DNA of 28,438 nucleotides, taken from positions 1 through 28,438 of the forward strand of contig CAMAVZ010000026.1 of NCBI GenBank assembly GCA_945861645.1. Reading direction: 5' to 3'. Origin of the DNA: Opitutus sp. GAS368. GTDB taxonomy: Bacteria > Verrucomicrobiota > Verrucomicrobiia > Opitutales > Opitutaceae. The notes beneath the pieces are model-generated. The model worked only from the letters and a program-made list of their open reading frames with translations, ran no database searches and was not told the origin of the DNA. The position numbers and the translations under genes were made by a program. Position 1 is the stretch's first letter, and each line of letters opens with the position of its first letter. Shown in pieces: positions 1 to 10,278 of this stretch.

Positions 1-1290
1 AACCTCGCCGCGCCGCTTAAGGCCCGCGGGGTTAATGTGATTGGGACCACCCCGGAAAGCATTGAAATCGCGGAAGATCGCAAATTATTCGCGGCGGTGC
101 TCGAGCAATTAGAGATTCGTCAGCCACCCAACCGCACGGCGATGAACGAGACCGAGGCACTCGCCTTCGCGCATGAGATTGGTTTCCCCGTGCTGTTGCG
201 GCCCTCTTTTGTCCTCGGCGGGCGCGGCATGTTTATCGTCTACAGCGAAGAAGAATTTAAAGCTGTCATCCGCCAAGCGTTTGAGGTTATGCCGGATAAG
301 CCCGTGCTCATCGATAAGTTCCTCGAAGACGCGATTGAGCTCGACGTGGATTGTATCTGCGATGGCGAGACGGCCCTGATTGGCGGCATGTTGGAGCACA
401 TTGAGTTCGCTGGGGTGCATTCCGGTGATGCGGCCATGGTCATGCCTCCCCACACGCTGTCGGCCGCGATGTTGCAGACAGTGCGACAGGCCACGTACGC
501 CTTGGCGAAGGCGCTCAAGGTGGTGGGGCTAATGAACATTCAATTTGCGATCAAGGATCAGCAGCTCTTTGTGCTCGAAGTGAATCCGCGGGCCTCGCGC
601 ACCGTGCCTTTTGTGGCCAAGGCGATTGGCGTGCCTCTGGCGAAATTAGCCGCTAAAGTCATGGCGGGGAAAAAATTGGCTGAGCTCGGCTTCACCCAAG
701 AAGTGAAGCCTAAGCATTGGTGTGTGAAGGAAGCTGTTTTCCCCTTCGCGCGTTTCCCTGGGGCGCTGATTGTGATTGGGCCTGAGATGCGCTCGACCGG
801 TGAAGTGATGGGCATGGATGATGATCTGGGCATCGCTTTCGCTAAAACTCAGATGGCCGCCAAGCCGGGTCTGCCGCTGAGGGGGAAAATCTTCTTGAGC
901 GTTAAGGATGCCGATAAGCCTAGTGCCGTGGAGCTCGCCAAGAATTTTGTCGAACTGGGCTTCGCGATTGTTGCAACGGGTGGCACTGCCCGACTGCTGC
1001 AGCAAAGTGGCGTGCCGGTGCAATTTGTTAATAAACTTCTCGAAGGTCGGCCGAACAGTGTGGACCTGATTAAGAACGGCGAAATCCAGATGGTTATCAA
1101 CACGCCCAAGGGCATGATGCCGCGCCTGGATGAGAACGCGATCCGGGCGGCGGCGGTGGCCAACTCAGTTTGTATCATGACGACTCTCACGGGCGCCCAG
1201 GCGGCACTCGGCGGAATCCGGGCGATGAAACAGAAGCGGGTAAACGTGCGCCCATTGCAGCAATATCGCGGCAATGTTGTGCCCATGTGA
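1..1290 (+). CDS. carB: Carbamoyl-phosphate synthase large subunit, C-terminal part (5'-truncated by the window edge)
   Basis: Frame is open from base 1 (NLAAPLKARGVNVIGT). Second ATP-grasp motifs LLRPSFVLGGRGM, GVHSGD, EVNPRASRTVPF and GPEMRSTGEVMG, then an MGS domain (ATGGTA...VINTP). Confidence 0.98.
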   Translation, partial: NLAAPLKARGVNVIGTTPESIEIAEDRKLFAAVLEQLEIRQPPNRTAMNETEALAFAHEIGFPVLLRPSFVLGGRGMFIVYSEEEFKAVIRQAFEVMPDKPVLIDKFLEDAIELDVDCICDGETALIGGMLEHIEFAGVHSGDAAMVMPPHTLSAAMLQTVRQATYALAKALKVVGLMNIQFAIKDQQLFVLEVNPRASRTVPFVAKAIGVPLAKLAAKVMAGKKLAELGFTQEVKPKHWCVKEAVFPFARFPGALIVIGPEMRSTGEVMGMDDDLGIAFAKTQMAAKPGLPLRGKIFLSVKDADKPSAVELAKNFVELGFAIVATGGTARLLQQSGVPVQFVNKLLEGRPNSVDLIKNGEIQMVINTPKGMMPRLDENAIRAAAVANSVCIMTTLTGAQAALGGIRAMKQKRVNVRPLQQYRGNVVPM

Positions 1291-1298
1291 TCAGGCTT

Positions 1299-2153
1299 AT
1301 GTCGACCCCCGCCACGCTCGTTGCTCTCTTGCATGGCCCTGATCAGGCTGGGCTCGTCGCCAAGACGGCGAGTTGGATTTTTGCTCGTCACGGCAATATT
1401 CTGCACGCTGATCAACACCGTGACATGGAGGCCGGCGAATTTTTTCAGCGCATCGAATGGTTGCCTGCGGCCGACAGTGCCGCCGCGGAGCCGGCAGGAT
1501 TTAAGGCCTTTGCGGCCACGCTTGGGATGGCCGCACAAGTCGCCCGCTCGTCGCATCGCCCCCGCGGGGCTTTATTTGTCTCTCGGGCTACGCATTGTTT
1601 TCATGATCTGCTTTTACGCGGAGTCGCGGGGGAGTTTGCCGGGGATTTCACTTGTGTGCTTTCCAACCATGTCGAGCTCGCCGCGGCGGCACAGCACTAC
1701 GGACTTGCCTTCCATCATGTGCCGGTGACCGCCGAGACCAAGGCCCGCGCGGAAGCACAACAATTGGAGATTTTGCGCGCCGCGGGGGTGGAATTTGTGG
1801 TGCTCGCCCGTTATATGCAGGTCCTATCAGCTGAATTCCTGAAAAATTTTGGCCAGCCCGTGATTAATATTCATCACTCCTTTTTGCCCGCCTTTGCCGG
1901 TGGTCGGCCCTATCACCAAGCGCATGAACGGGGGGTTAAATTAATTGGCGCGACCGCCCATTACGCGACGGCGGTGCTCGATGACGGCCCGATTATCCAG
2001 CAAGATGTGGCCCGCATTACCCACCGGCACAATGTTGAGGATCTGATTCGCAAAGGCCGCGATCTGGAAAAATCAGTTTTAGCGCAGGCGGTGCGCTGGC
2101 ATTTAGAAAATCGTATTCTGGTCTACGGTCAGAAGACGGTGGTCTTCGATTGA
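1299..2153 (+). CDS. purU: Formyltetrahydrofolate deformylase
   Basis: N-terminal ACT domain (GPDQAGLVA), LARYMQVLS, INIHHSFLPAFAGGRPYHQA, GATAHY, LDDGPIIQQ and C-terminal KTVVF. Start set at ATG 1299, 8 nt after the carB stop, rather than the track start at 1170. Confidence 0.96.
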   Translation: MSTPATLVALLHGPDQAGLVAKTASWIFARHGNILHADQHRDMEAGEFFQRIEWLPAADSAAAEPAGFKAFAATLGMAAQVARSSHRPRGALFVSRATHCFHDLLLRGVAGEFAGDFTCVLSNHVELAAAAQHYGLAFHHVPVTAETKARAEAQQLEILRAAGVEFVVLARYMQVLSAEFLKNFGQPVINIHHSFLPAFAGGRPYHQAHERGVKLIGATAHYATAVLDDGPIIQQDVARITHRHNVEDLIRKGRDLEKSVLAQAVRWHLENRILVYGQKTVVFD

Positions 2154-2247
2154 GGCTGCCGGTCGGACGTCTAGGCTGGGTCGAGGGCGGATCGGGCTAT
2201 TTCAGGCATTTACAGGCGGCGGGGCATTTGCTCTCTTTCACGGTTCT

Positions 2248-2964
2248 ATGAGTCAACTTCCTCCGCCCGCTCCCGATTCCCCTCCCGTTGATGCTGCGCC
2301 CGCTCCCGTGGCTGCCCCCAGCTTCGAAGTTATCGTGCATGCCTTTTGGGCGAAGAATCGTAATTTCATCTTCGGAATTTGCGCCGCCGCCTTGGTCGCG
2401 ATTGTCGGGCGGGAAGGGTGGCAGTATTTTTCCGCTCAACGCGAGGCCGAGGTGCAAGCCGAATATGCCCGCTTGGCCGAGCAACCCACTAAACTGGCTG
2501 CTTTTGCCGAAGCTCACTCCGGTCATGCCCTAGCGGCCGTGGCGGCGTTAAAGCTGGCGGACAGTAAATTTTCCGCCGGCGACTTTGCTGGCGCCGCGAC
2601 CGGCTACGCGCAAGCGGCCCGTCAGCTCAAAAACGAAGCCCTTGTGGGGCGCGCTCAACTCGGAGCGGCGATCAGCCAATTTAGCGGTAGCGATAAAACC
2701 GCCGGAGTCGCGGCCTTGAAGAAATTAGGCGCGGATGCCGCGGTTTTGAAGAGCGTACGGGCTGAAGCTACTTATCATCTCGCCTCCATCGCGGCGGCGG
2801 CTGGCCAAGCTGATGAAGTAAAGCAGTTGGCCGAACAGATCAGCCAGCTTGATGCTGCTGGGGCTTGGGCGCAGCGCGCCACAATGCTCCTGAGCACGCT
2901 GCCCGCCACTAGTCCTGCGACTGTGGCTCCAGCCGCTGCGCTTAATTTTAAAGTAGGGAAGTAA
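2248..2964 (+). CDS. Membrane-anchored TPR-like protein (YfgM/TPR_21-like)
   Basis: FWAKNRNFIFGICAAALVAIVGREGWQYF resembles the YfgM N-terminal anchor, followed by Ala-rich helical repeats. Confidence 0.7.
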   Translation: MSQLPPPAPDSPPVDAAPAPVAAPSFEVIVHAFWAKNRNFIFGICAAALVAIVGREGWQYFSAQREAEVQAEYARLAEQPTKLAAFAEAHSGHALAAVAALKLADSKFSAGDFAGAATGYAQAARQLKNEALVGRAQLGAAISQFSGSDKTAGVAALKKLGADAAVLKSVRAEATYHLASIAAAAGQADEVKQLAEQISQLDAAGAWAQRATMLLSTLPATSPATVAPAAALNFKVGK

Positions 2965-3017
2965 TCCCTCTTTCCGCGAGACCAACTCCTGCACCGGCGG
3001 AGCGGCTTTCCGCAAAT

Positions 3018-3094
3018 TGGTCGGGGCGATAGGATTCGAACCTACGACCTCCTGGTCCCAAACCAGGCGCTCTACCAGACTAAGCTACACCCCG
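3018..3094 (-). tRNA. tRNA-Pro (anticodon TGG)
   Basis: Reverse complement CGGGGTGTAGCTTAGTCTGGTAGAGCGCCTGGTTTGGGACCAGGAGGTCGTAGGTTCGAATCCTATCGCCCCGACCA: 77 nt cloverleaf, anticodon loop TTTGGGA, GTTCGAATC T-arm, encoded CCA. Confidence 0.97.
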
Positions 3095-3256
3095 TTACCA
3101 ACGAGCGATCATGGCAGGGGCTTTTGTAGGGCGAGTCAACTCCGCAGGCAGAAAACTGCAATTGGGTTGCGAAATCCGCCTGCAAAAGGATTTGAAATCC
3201 TGCTTGCCTCACCCGTGGGGCCTCCACTACATACTTCTCTTCAAACTCTTAAACAA

Positions 3257-3781
3257 ATGGATACTCTTTCTCGCGACAGTAATAACTCCGGCAGCATTTT
3301 GCCTCTTGTTGGCGTAATCGCCGGCGGTCTCGCCCTGGTCCTCTCGATCGTGGCACTCGTTAAACTTTCCACGATCCAAAAGACCGTGGCCGCGCAAGGC
3401 GACGAAGTCGCCAAAATCGCCACAATCGAGACCGAGGTGCGTTCTTCGGCCGCGAAGTCCGAGACTGACATCAAGGCTATTCGCACCGGAATCCAAGGCG
3501 CGCTTGATCAAGTTGGCGCTGAGATCGGCACCATCAACGGCAAGATTACCAAGATGGAAGAATCGCTCAAGGCTCGCGCCGCTGGTCCAGCGGGCAAAGG
3601 CGCGGGCGTGGCCACTGGCACGGTTGATGCCAACGGTAATTATGGCGTCGCCCCGGGTGACACGATTTCAAAGATCGCGAAGAAATTCGCCACCAAGGTC
3701 GACCATATTCTCGCCGAGAATCCTGGCCTAGATCCCGCCAGGCTGCGCGTGGGCCAGAAGATTAAGATGCCTAAGAAGTAA
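3257..3781 (+). CDS. LysM peptidoglycan-binding domain protein with N-terminal TM helix and coiled coil
   Basis: Start at ATG 3257 (MDTLSRD). TM segment ILPLVGVIAGGLALVLSIVALV and C-terminal LysM YGVAPGDTISKIAKKF...ILAENPGLDPARLRVGQKIKMP. Confidence 0.88.
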   Translation: MDTLSRDSNNSGSILPLVGVIAGGLALVLSIVALVKLSTIQKTVAAQGDEVAKIATIETEVRSSAAKSETDIKAIRTGIQGALDQVGAEIGTINGKITKMEESLKARAAGPAGKGAGVATGTVDANGNYGVAPGDTISKIAKKFATKVDHILAENPGLDPARLRVGQKIKMPKK

Positions 3782-3800
3782 TTTTGCTTTCAAAAATTAT

Positions 3801-3837
3801 TGCCTCCAAGACCTCGTGTCCTGGGGGCATTTTTTTT
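3801..3837 (+). terminator. Probable intrinsic terminator after the LysM gene
   Basis: TGCCTCCAAGAC-CTCGT-GTCCTGGGGGCA hairpin (one mismatch, one G-U) followed by 8 T. Confidence 0.75.
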
Positions 3838-3889
3838 GGCTAATCCCCTTTGTACTGCTGCTATGGCCCACGCGCCCCGCGCCCCTCGC

Positions 3890-4480
3890 ATGACCTCGGT
3901 TCCTCCTAAGCCGCTGCGTTGGCAGAAAATTCGCACGGAGCCTCATGCGACGACGCGAATTTTTGATGTAACGCGCGCGATTTTCCAGCACCCGCAACGC
4001 GCGCGCGAGCAGAATTTTTTTGTAATCGAAGCCCCGGATTGGGTCAATGTGCTCGCCCTGACTCCCGATCACCAACTCGTGCTGGTGCGGCAGTTTCGTT
4101 TTGGGACTAATGATTTCTCTTTGGAAATTCCCGGCGGCGTGATGGAGCCCGGCGAGGATCCGGTTACGGCGGGGCTCCGCGAGTTGCGTGAAGAATCTGG
4201 TTACGTGGGAGCCCGGGCGCGCTTGCTGGGGAGTGTACGGCCCAATCCCGCGATGCAAAATAATTACTGCCATTTAGTCTTGGTGGAGGCCGCGCAGCGT
4301 TCGGCGGAGCTCACGTGGGATCCCGATGAAGAATTTGCCATCACTACCCAGCCCGTTGATGAAGTCTATGCGCTCGCTTATCACGGCGGGATTACTCACG
4401 CGCTCGTACTTAATGCGCTCTTATTGTTTACCCCTGTCTGGGCCGAATTAAAGCAGGCTAAATTAACGAGCGGCGTTTGA
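3890..4480 (+). CDS. Nudix hydrolase (ADP-ribose pyrophosphatase-like)
   Basis: Nudix box GGVMEPGEDPVTAGLRELREESGY preceded by LVRQFRFG...LEIPG. Start uncertain (ATG 3863 or 3890); the track start at 3800 overlaps the terminator. Confidence 0.9.
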   Translation: MTSVPPKPLRWQKIRTEPHATTRIFDVTRAIFQHPQRAREQNFFVIEAPDWVNVLALTPDHQLVLVRQFRFGTNDFSLEIPGGVMEPGEDPVTAGLRELREESGYVGARARLLGSVRPNPAMQNNYCHLVLVEAAQRSAELTWDPDEEFAITTQPVDEVYALAYHGGITHALVLNALLLFTPVWAELKQAKLTSGV

Positions 4481-4506
4481 CTTTACCCTCGCTGGAATTT
4501 CACTCT
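4477..4506 (+). promoter_or_regulatory. Putative sigma70-type promoter of the ligase gene (near-leaderless)
   Basis: TTGACT (4477-4482), 18 nt spacer, CACTCT (4501-4506), 8 nt, ATG 4515. Confidence 0.5.
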
Positions 4507-4514
4507 CGTTCCGC

Positions 4515-5783
4515 ATGAAAACTACGGCTGTCGCCTCCTTGTTTGCCAACGCCCCCGCGGCCTTGGGCGCAGGGAGCAGTGGAAATCTGCCGACGGTCCT
4601 AGAACAGGAGATTCGCGCAATTTATCGCCGCAGCCCGCTTTATGCGGAGCGCTTTCCGCTGCATCCGGCGGCATTGCAGTGGTCTTGTTATCGTGATCTG
4701 CCTATTCTGACGAAGCAGGAGATTTTGACCCGCGGGCCCACGGCTTTTTTTGCTGACTACGCGGTCATTGAGCGCGGCTTGCAGGATAAAAAATACGAAT
4801 ACGAGCACACCTCGGGTTCAACCGCTCAGCCCATGACCGTGGTCATGGAAGAGGGTTGGTGGAATGCCCAATCGCGGCGGGCTTATCTCGCCCATCTGCA
4901 ACTCGCTCCTTATGCGAGCCGCCCTTATCGTAAGGCCGTCCTCGCGCCGATTGGCTGTTCGAGTAATCTATGTCCCTATGAGGATCACCCTTTCCCGCAT
5001 CGTTATTTTGATGGGACCGTTTACTTGAATCTATCCAGTGATCCTTTTGTTTTTGCGGAAGCGGAGTGGGATCGCATTGTGGTGGAATTACAGGCGCTCC
5101 AGCCCGAGGTCTTAGAAGGTGAGCCCGTTTATCTCTCGATGCTGGCGCGGGCGGTGCAGAAACGGCGAGTCGCCGTGCCCAGCGTACGCACCATCATTCT
5201 TACTTACGGCAAGGCCAGTCGCCAACACAGCCGGCGCATTGCCGAGGCTTTCCCCGCGGTGCAGGTCGATCTTTATGGGTCGACGGAGGCGGGCTATATT
5301 TTTGTGGGCGATGCATTTGGAGATAACCTGCGGGTCATTGACGGCAACGCGTTCGTCGAACTCGTGCCCTGGCGGGCGCTGGTGCCGGATGTTTTTCAGA
5401 TCAACGTGACGACGCGGGAGCGCGAGGCCATGCCGCTGCTGCGGTATTCCACCGGAGATATCGTACAGCGTATGCCCACCGGCTACCGGATCTTGGGTCG
5501 CGAACGAGATTTACATTTTAATGCGGCGGGGCAGATCATTTCTTCAAGTGAGATTGATGCGGCTTTACCCGAGGTCTTCGCCTGCTGGCACTGGAGCTTA
5601 GTCCAAGTGTCTGATCTTCGCTGGGATTTTCAGTACGTTGCTGATGGCAGCGCCCCGCGGGGTATGGCGGAGGCGATTGCTAGCGCCCTCGGGGCGGGGG
5701 TGCGCGTTAATCTTTTTCGGCGTAAATTCATTCAACCGGCGGCGAGCGGAAAATTCTCGCTGCTCAAGCCACTGGGCCGCTGA
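4515..5783 (+). CDS. Phenylacetate-CoA ligase (PaaK)/CapK-like adenylate-forming enzyme, substrate unknown
   Basis: LPILTKQEI, P-loop HTSGSTAQP, LYGSTEAG, MPLLRYSTGD, ILGRE and C-terminal SGKF. Confidence 0.8.
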   Translation: MKTTAVASLFANAPAALGAGSSGNLPTVLEQEIRAIYRRSPLYAERFPLHPAALQWSCYRDLPILTKQEILTRGPTAFFADYAVIERGLQDKKYEYEHTSGSTAQPMTVVMEEGWWNAQSRRAYLAHLQLAPYASRPYRKAVLAPIGCSSNLCPYEDHPFPHRYFDGTVYLNLSSDPFVFAEAEWDRIVVELQALQPEVLEGEPVYLSMLARAVQKRRVAVPSVRTIILTYGKASRQHSRRIAEAFPAVQVDLYGSTEAGYIFVGDAFGDNLRVIDGNAFVELVPWRALVPDVFQINVTTREREAMPLLRYSTGDIVQRMPTGYRILGRERDLHFNAAGQIISSSEIDAALPEVFACWHWSLVQVSDLRWDFQYVADGSAPRGMAEAIASALGAGVRVNLFRRKFIQPAASGKFSLLKPLGR

Positions 5784-5929
5784 GGCTACATGCTAGCTTC
5801 TCGCCCTCGGTAGGTTCACTAATAAAGAGAGAGGAGCGAGGCTGCTCCGTTTACATTCTGCGGGTTTATCGTATCTTTTTTTCTTTAAACTACCCTCGCC
5901 CTGCCATTCCCCCCGCACGTAGATTTGTA

Positions 5930-6628
5930 ATGAATATCCTCGGTTCGCTCTTTAATTCCTCGATCGGCAAAAAAATCTTAATGGCCCTGACGGGGCTCGT
6001 ACTGGTCGGTTTTGTCACAGGGCATTTGCTCGGCAACTTGCAGATCTTTCTGCCGCCGCAAAAAATTAATGCCTATGGGCATATGTTGGAGTCACTCGGC
6101 ATAGGACTCTGGCTCGTGCGATTCTTCCTCCTCGCCTGTGTGGTCGTTCATGTGTGGGTGGCCATTCAGCTCACGCGGGAAAATAGCGCGGCGCGGCCCA
6201 TGAATTACGGGGTGAATCACACTAACCGCGCCAGCCTCGCCTCGCGCGTAATGGCGCGTACCGGCCTCGTGGTGTTGGCTTTCTTGATCTATCACCTGCT
6301 TGATTTTACCTTCCGGGTGCAGCATCCAGAGTGGAGTCGGCATTCGTTTGCCTTGGCGGACGGCACGCTGGTTCGCGATGTGCACACCATGATGGTACAG
6401 GGTTTCAGCCGCCCTGGCGTCGCCTTTTTTTACATCCTCGCGGTCGGTTTACTTAGCTACCACTTGGCCCATGGCGTGGTGAGCCTTGTGCAGACGCTTG
6501 GTTTTAAAAACGAACGCTGGACGCGTGGCCTTGAGTACTTTGCTCGGGTATACTGCTGGGGCTATTTTCTCCTTAACGCCGCCATCCCGCTCGCCATTCT
6601 TGGCGGTTGGGTTAAGGCCCACGTTTAA
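5930..6628 (+). CDS. sdhC: Succinate dehydrogenase/fumarate reductase cytochrome b subunit (single 5-TM anchor)
   Basis: [13 protein letters not shown]...GHLLGNL, candidate heme-ligand His in VVVH, IYHL and YHLAHG, and position directly before the flavoprotein gene. Confidence 0.93.
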   Translation: MNILGSLFNSSIGKKILMALTGLVLVGFVTGHLLGNLQIFLPPQKINAYGHMLESLGIGLWLVRFFLLACVVVHVWVAIQLTRENSAARPMNYGVNHTNRASLASRVMARTGLVVLAFLIYHLLDFTFRVQHPEWSRHSFALADGTLVRDVHTMMVQGFSRPGVAFFYILAVGLLSYHLAHGVVSLVQTLGFKNERWTRGLEYFARVYCWGYFLLNAAIPLAILGGWVKAHV

Positions 6629-6639
6629 TATTTTTCGCC

Positions 6640-8562
6640 ATGGCCAAACTTGATTCTAAGATTCCTTCCGGCCCGCTGGCCAATAAATGGCAGCAGCACA
6701 AGACGCAGATCAAACTCGTTAATCCGGCCAACAAGCGGAAATACGAAATCATCGTGGTTGGGGCTGGTCTCGCGGGCTCTTCGGCGGCCGCCACGCTGGC
6801 AGAGCTGGGTTACCGCGTGAAAAGTTTTGTGTTCCAGGATAGTCCGAGGCGCGCTCACTCGATTGCGGCCCAGGGCGGCATCAATGGCACGAAAAACTAT
6901 CAGAACGATGGCGACTCCGTGCATCGCTTATTTTACGACACGCTAAAGGGGGGTGATTATCGGGCGCGGGAAGCGAACGTGCACCGACTCGCGGAAGTGT
7001 CCGCTAACATCATCGATCAATGCGCGGCGCAGGGGGTGCCTTTCGCTCGAGAGTACAGCGGCCACTTAGCCAATCGCTCATTTGGCGGCGCCCAAGTCTC
7101 GCGCACTTTTTACGCTCGCGGCCAGACGGGCCAGCAATTGCTGCTCGGCGCTTATTCGGCGCTCTCGCGCATGGTGGGACAGGGTGCGGTCGAGCTGCAC
7201 CCTAACTCTGAGATGCTCGATCTGGTCCTCGTCGATGGTCATGCCAAGGGCATCATTGTGCGTGATCTCAACACAGGAGCCATTACGCGCCACAGCGCCG
7301 ATGCCGTGATTTTAGCCACCGGGGGCTACGGCAACGTGTTCAATCTCTCCACCTACGCGCGGCAGTCGAACACCACGGCCATTTGGCGAGCCTACAAACG
7401 CGGGGCCTACATGGCAAATCCGTGCTATACTCAAATTCATCCGACCTGCATTCCCGTGAGCGGCGACTATCAGTCAAAACTTACCTTGATGTCTGAGTCA
7501 TTGCGCAATGACGGTCGGATCTGGGTGCCCAAAAATAAAGTCGACGTTAAGAAAGAGCCGAGCGCGATCGCAGAGGCGGATCGCGACTATTATCTTGAGC
7601 GAATTTACCCGAGCTTTGGCAATCTCGCGCCCCGCGATGTGGCTTCACGGGCCGCCATGCGCATGTGCGATGAGGGCCGCGGGGTGGGCGAGACCGGTTT
7701 AGGGGTTTATCTCGATTTTGCCGACGCGATCAAGCGGCTCGGCGAGCCGGCGGTCCGGGAGCGTTACGGTAATCTTTTCGATATTTACCACGAGATCACC
7801 GCGGAGAACGCCTACCAGGCTCCTATGCGAATTTTCCCAGCGGTGCACTACACCATGGGCGGATTGTGGGTAGACTATAACCTCATGTCGAACGTCCCTG
7901 GGCTCTTCGTGCTCGGGGAGGCCAATTTCTCGGATCATGGCGCTAATCGCCTCGGGGCCTCCGCCCTCATGCAAGGTTTAGCTGATGGCTATTTTGTCAT
8001 TCCCTATACCATCGGTGACTATCTCGCGCAGCAAAAGCCGAGCGCCCAGTCGAATATCGATCGTCCAGAATTTAAACAAGCAGCGGAAAGCGTCAGCGCG
8101 CAGACGCAGCAGTTGCTCAACAATCCCGGGAAAGAGCCCGTGAGCCACTTTCATAAGCGACTCGGCAAAATCATGTGGGAGCATTGCGGCATGGCACGGA
8201 CAAAGCCGGGGCTGGAGAGCGCCTTGCAAAAGATTCCGGCCCTGCGGGAAGAGTTTGTTGCTAACGTCAAGGTGCCCGGCTCAGCCGAGACCCTGAATCA
8301 ATCTTTGGAAAAGGCCGGCCGCGTGGCTGATTTTATCGATCTTGGTGAGCTTATGTGCCGTGACGCCCTCACCCGAGAGGAGAGCTGTGGCGGCCATTTC
8401 CGCGAGGAATATCAATATCCTGACGGGGAGTGTAAGCGCGACGACGAGAAGTTTGGTCATGTTGCCGCTTGGGAATATCAGGGCCCCGGCCAGACGCCGC
8501 TGCGCAATATCGAGCCGCTCAATTACGAATTCACTAAGATGTCCGTGCGCTCCTACAAGTAA
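6640..8562 (+). CDS. sdhA: Succinate dehydrogenase/fumarate reductase flavoprotein subunit
   Basis: VVGAGLAG, covalent FAD motif [54 protein letters not shown]. Confidence 0.97.
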   Translation: MAKLDSKIPSGPLANKWQQHKTQIKLVNPANKRKYEIIVVGAGLAGSSAAATLAELGYRVKSFVFQDSPRRAHSIAAQGGINGTKNYQNDGDSVHRLFYDTLKGGDYRAREANVHRLAEVSANIIDQCAAQGVPFAREYSGHLANRSFGGAQVSRTFYARGQTGQQLLLGAYSALSRMVGQGAVELHPNSEMLDLVLVDGHAKGIIVRDLNTGAITRHSADAVILATGGYGNVFNLSTYARQSNTTAIWRAYKRGAYMANPCYTQIHPTCIPVSGDYQSKLTLMSESLRNDGRIWVPKNKVDVKKEPSAIAEADRDYYLERIYPSFGNLAPRDVASRAAMRMCDEGRGVGETGLGVYLDFADAIKRLGEPAVRERYGNLFDIYHEITAENAYQAPMRIFPAVHYTMGGLWVDYNLMSNVPGLFVLGEANFSDHGANRLGASALMQGLADGYFVIPYTIGDYLAQQKPSAQSNIDRPEFKQAAESVSAQTQQLLNNPGKEPVSHFHKRLGKIMWEHCGMARTKPGLESALQKIPALREEFVANVKVPGSAETLNQSLEKAGRVADFIDLGELMCRDALTREESCGGHFREEYQYPDGECKRDDEKFGHVAAWEYQGPGQTPLRNIEPLNYEFTKMSVRSYK

Positions 8563-8578
8563 GCCCCCGCAATTCACC

Positions 8579-9391
8579 ATGGTCGCCTCCACTCCTGCTA
8601 AGAAACTTTTCTCTGTCACCCTGCGCGTCTGGCGGCAGGCCAGTCCAGCGCAGCCCGGTAAATTTGTCGATTACCCCGCGCATAATGTCAGCCCTGACAT
8701 GTCTTTTCTCGAGCTCCTCGATGTCGTCAATGACGGTCTGACGGTCAGCAATGAAGAGCCCATCGCCTTCGCGCATGACTGCCGCGAAGGGATCTGTGGA
8801 ACCTGTTCCTGCACCATCAACGGGAAGCCTCATGGTCCCGGCAAAGGGGTCGCGACTTGCCAAGTGTACATGCGGAGCTTTCAGGCGGGTGATGTGATTG
8901 TGGTGGAGCCATTCCGGGCGACGGCCTTTCCGATTATTAAGGATCTCGTGGTCGAGCGTTCAGCTTTTGATAAAATTCAACAAGCTGGGGGATTTATTTC
9001 GGCCCGCACCGGGGCGGCGCCTGATGCCAATTCAATTTTAGTATCAAAGGCCGTGGCTGATCTCGCCATGGATGCCGCGGCCTGCATCGGCTGCGGCGCT
9101 TGTGTCGCGGCCTGTAAAAATGCGAGCGCCATGCTGTTTGTTGCGGCCAAAGTTTCCCATCTTGGTTTGATGCCCCAGGGCCAGCCAGAGCGGGATCGGC
9201 GCGTCTTGGCGATGGTGCAGACGATGGATGAGGCGGGCTTCGGCAATTGTACCAATCAATACGAATGCAGCGCGGTTTGTCCGAAAACCATCACGCACGA
9301 TTTTATCGCCCGCCTAAATCGTGATTATGTGGGCGCTTTGTTTCGTTCAAAACTTCAGCCGGTCTCCGCGAGTGCCGGCGGGGGCGCTTAA
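8579..9391 (+). CDS. sdhB: Succinate dehydrogenase/fumarate reductase iron-sulfur subunit
   Basis: Cluster motifs [10 protein letters not shown]...[14 protein letters not shown] and [12 protein letters not shown]. Start at ATG 8579, after the sdhA stop. Confidence 0.96.
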   Translation: MVASTPAKKLFSVTLRVWRQASPAQPGKFVDYPAHNVSPDMSFLELLDVVNDGLTVSNEEPIAFAHDCREGICGTCSCTINGKPHGPGKGVATCQVYMRSFQAGDVIVVEPFRATAFPIIKDLVVERSAFDKIQQAGGFISARTGAAPDANSILVSKAVADLAMDAAACIGCGACVAACKNASAMLFVAAKVSHLGLMPQGQPERDRRVLAMVQTMDEAGFGNCTNQYECSAVCPKTITHDFIARLNRDYVGALFRSKLQPVSASAGGGA

Positions 9392-10260
9392 CTTTTCCGA
9401 TCGTAGCGCGCCCGCATAAATTTTAAGGCGTGGCGCGCGAGGTCATCGGAATCACTCCAGAGGTTGCGCCAGACGCACAGCGCGTTGGAGAGCGCGGGAT
9501 CAACGACGGCCGAAGAGAAAGATTCGAAGGCGATCAGCCCTTGATAATTGATTTTTTTCAAGGCGTTGAAGAAGGGGTCAAAATTCACATTCCCCGTGCC
9601 GAGATAACCCCGATGGCTTTCGCCGATATGCACGTAGCCGAGGCGGGCCCCAACCGCGAGGACGGCTTGCTCCATACCGTCTTCCTCAATGTTCATGTGA
9701 TAAGTATCGAGATGCAGAAACGCATTGGGCCGATTGACCGCAGCCAAAAACTCTAGTCCCTCGCGGGCAGAGTTCATGATGTTAGTTTCGTAGCGATTCA
9801 CGACTTCGAGATTAATATTGATGCCCCGCGCGGCGGCATAGTCCGCGAGGCGTTGCATCGCCGCCACGGCGTTGGCGCGATTTTGAGGAGAGGCCGGCCC
9901 CGCATATTTGCCGAGTGCACAGTAGATGACGCCGCAGAGTTCAGTCCCGCCAATGCCAGCGAGCACGTCGGTGGCTTGGCGCAGCAGAGCGTCACCTTGG
10001 GCGACGATGGCGGGATTGGTGCTGGTGACATCCGTGGTGGGGGAAAGGCCCAGAGAGGCGTGGGCGCGGAGTCCGTATTCCTGCAGTAAATTCTTCGTCA
10101 GGCTGATGTCTACTTTCCAAGGATCCAGCAGGGCAATTTCGATATAATCATAACCTGCCCGCGCGGCGCCACTGATCGCTTGGCGGGCGCCAGCGGGGGT
10201 CCAATCGCCGGCCCAGACTAAGGCGTGGCCACCGTATTCTAAGCGCTTGCTCGTAGGCAT
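9388..10260 (-). CDS. Ketose 3-epimerase (D-allulose/D-tagatose/L-ribulose 3-epimerase family)
   Basis: [47 protein letters not shown] and WRNLW motifs. An alternative ATG at 10278 abuts the upstream gene's stop. Confidence 0.88.
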   Translation of the reverse strand: MPTSKRLEYGGHALVWAGDWTPAGARQAISGAARAGYDYIEIALLDPWKVDISLTKNLLQEYGLRAHASLGLSPTTDVTSTNPAIVAQGDALLRQATDVLAGIGGTELCGVIYCALGKYAGPASPQNRANAVAAMQRLADYAAARGININLEVVNRYETNIMNSAREGLEFLAAVNRPNAFLHLDTYHMNIEEDGMEQAVLAVGARLGYVHIGESHRGYLGTGNVNFDPFFNALKKINYQGLIAFESFSSAVVDPALSNALCVWRNLWSDSDDLARHALKFMRARYDRKS

Positions 10261-10278
10261 CGCACGGCTTGGCGGCAT

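Noticed and set aside
1170..1298. Apparent long carB/purU overlap (and similarly the sdhA/sdhB overlap 8342-8562), suggesting a frameshift or fusion
   Set aside because: ORF-caller extensions. In-frame ATGs follow the upstream stops (1299, 8579) and homology begins there.
3017..3256. N-terminal 80 codons of track ORF 3017..3781 (MVGAIGFEPTTSWSQTRRSTRLSYTP...)
   Set aside because: This is the antisense reading of tRNA-Pro plus promoter DNA. The LysM protein starts at 3257.
5784..5929. Hairpin GGAGC/GCTCC upstream of sdhC
   Set aside because: A single 5-bp stem without an adjacent U-tract or recognisable motif, consistent with chance.
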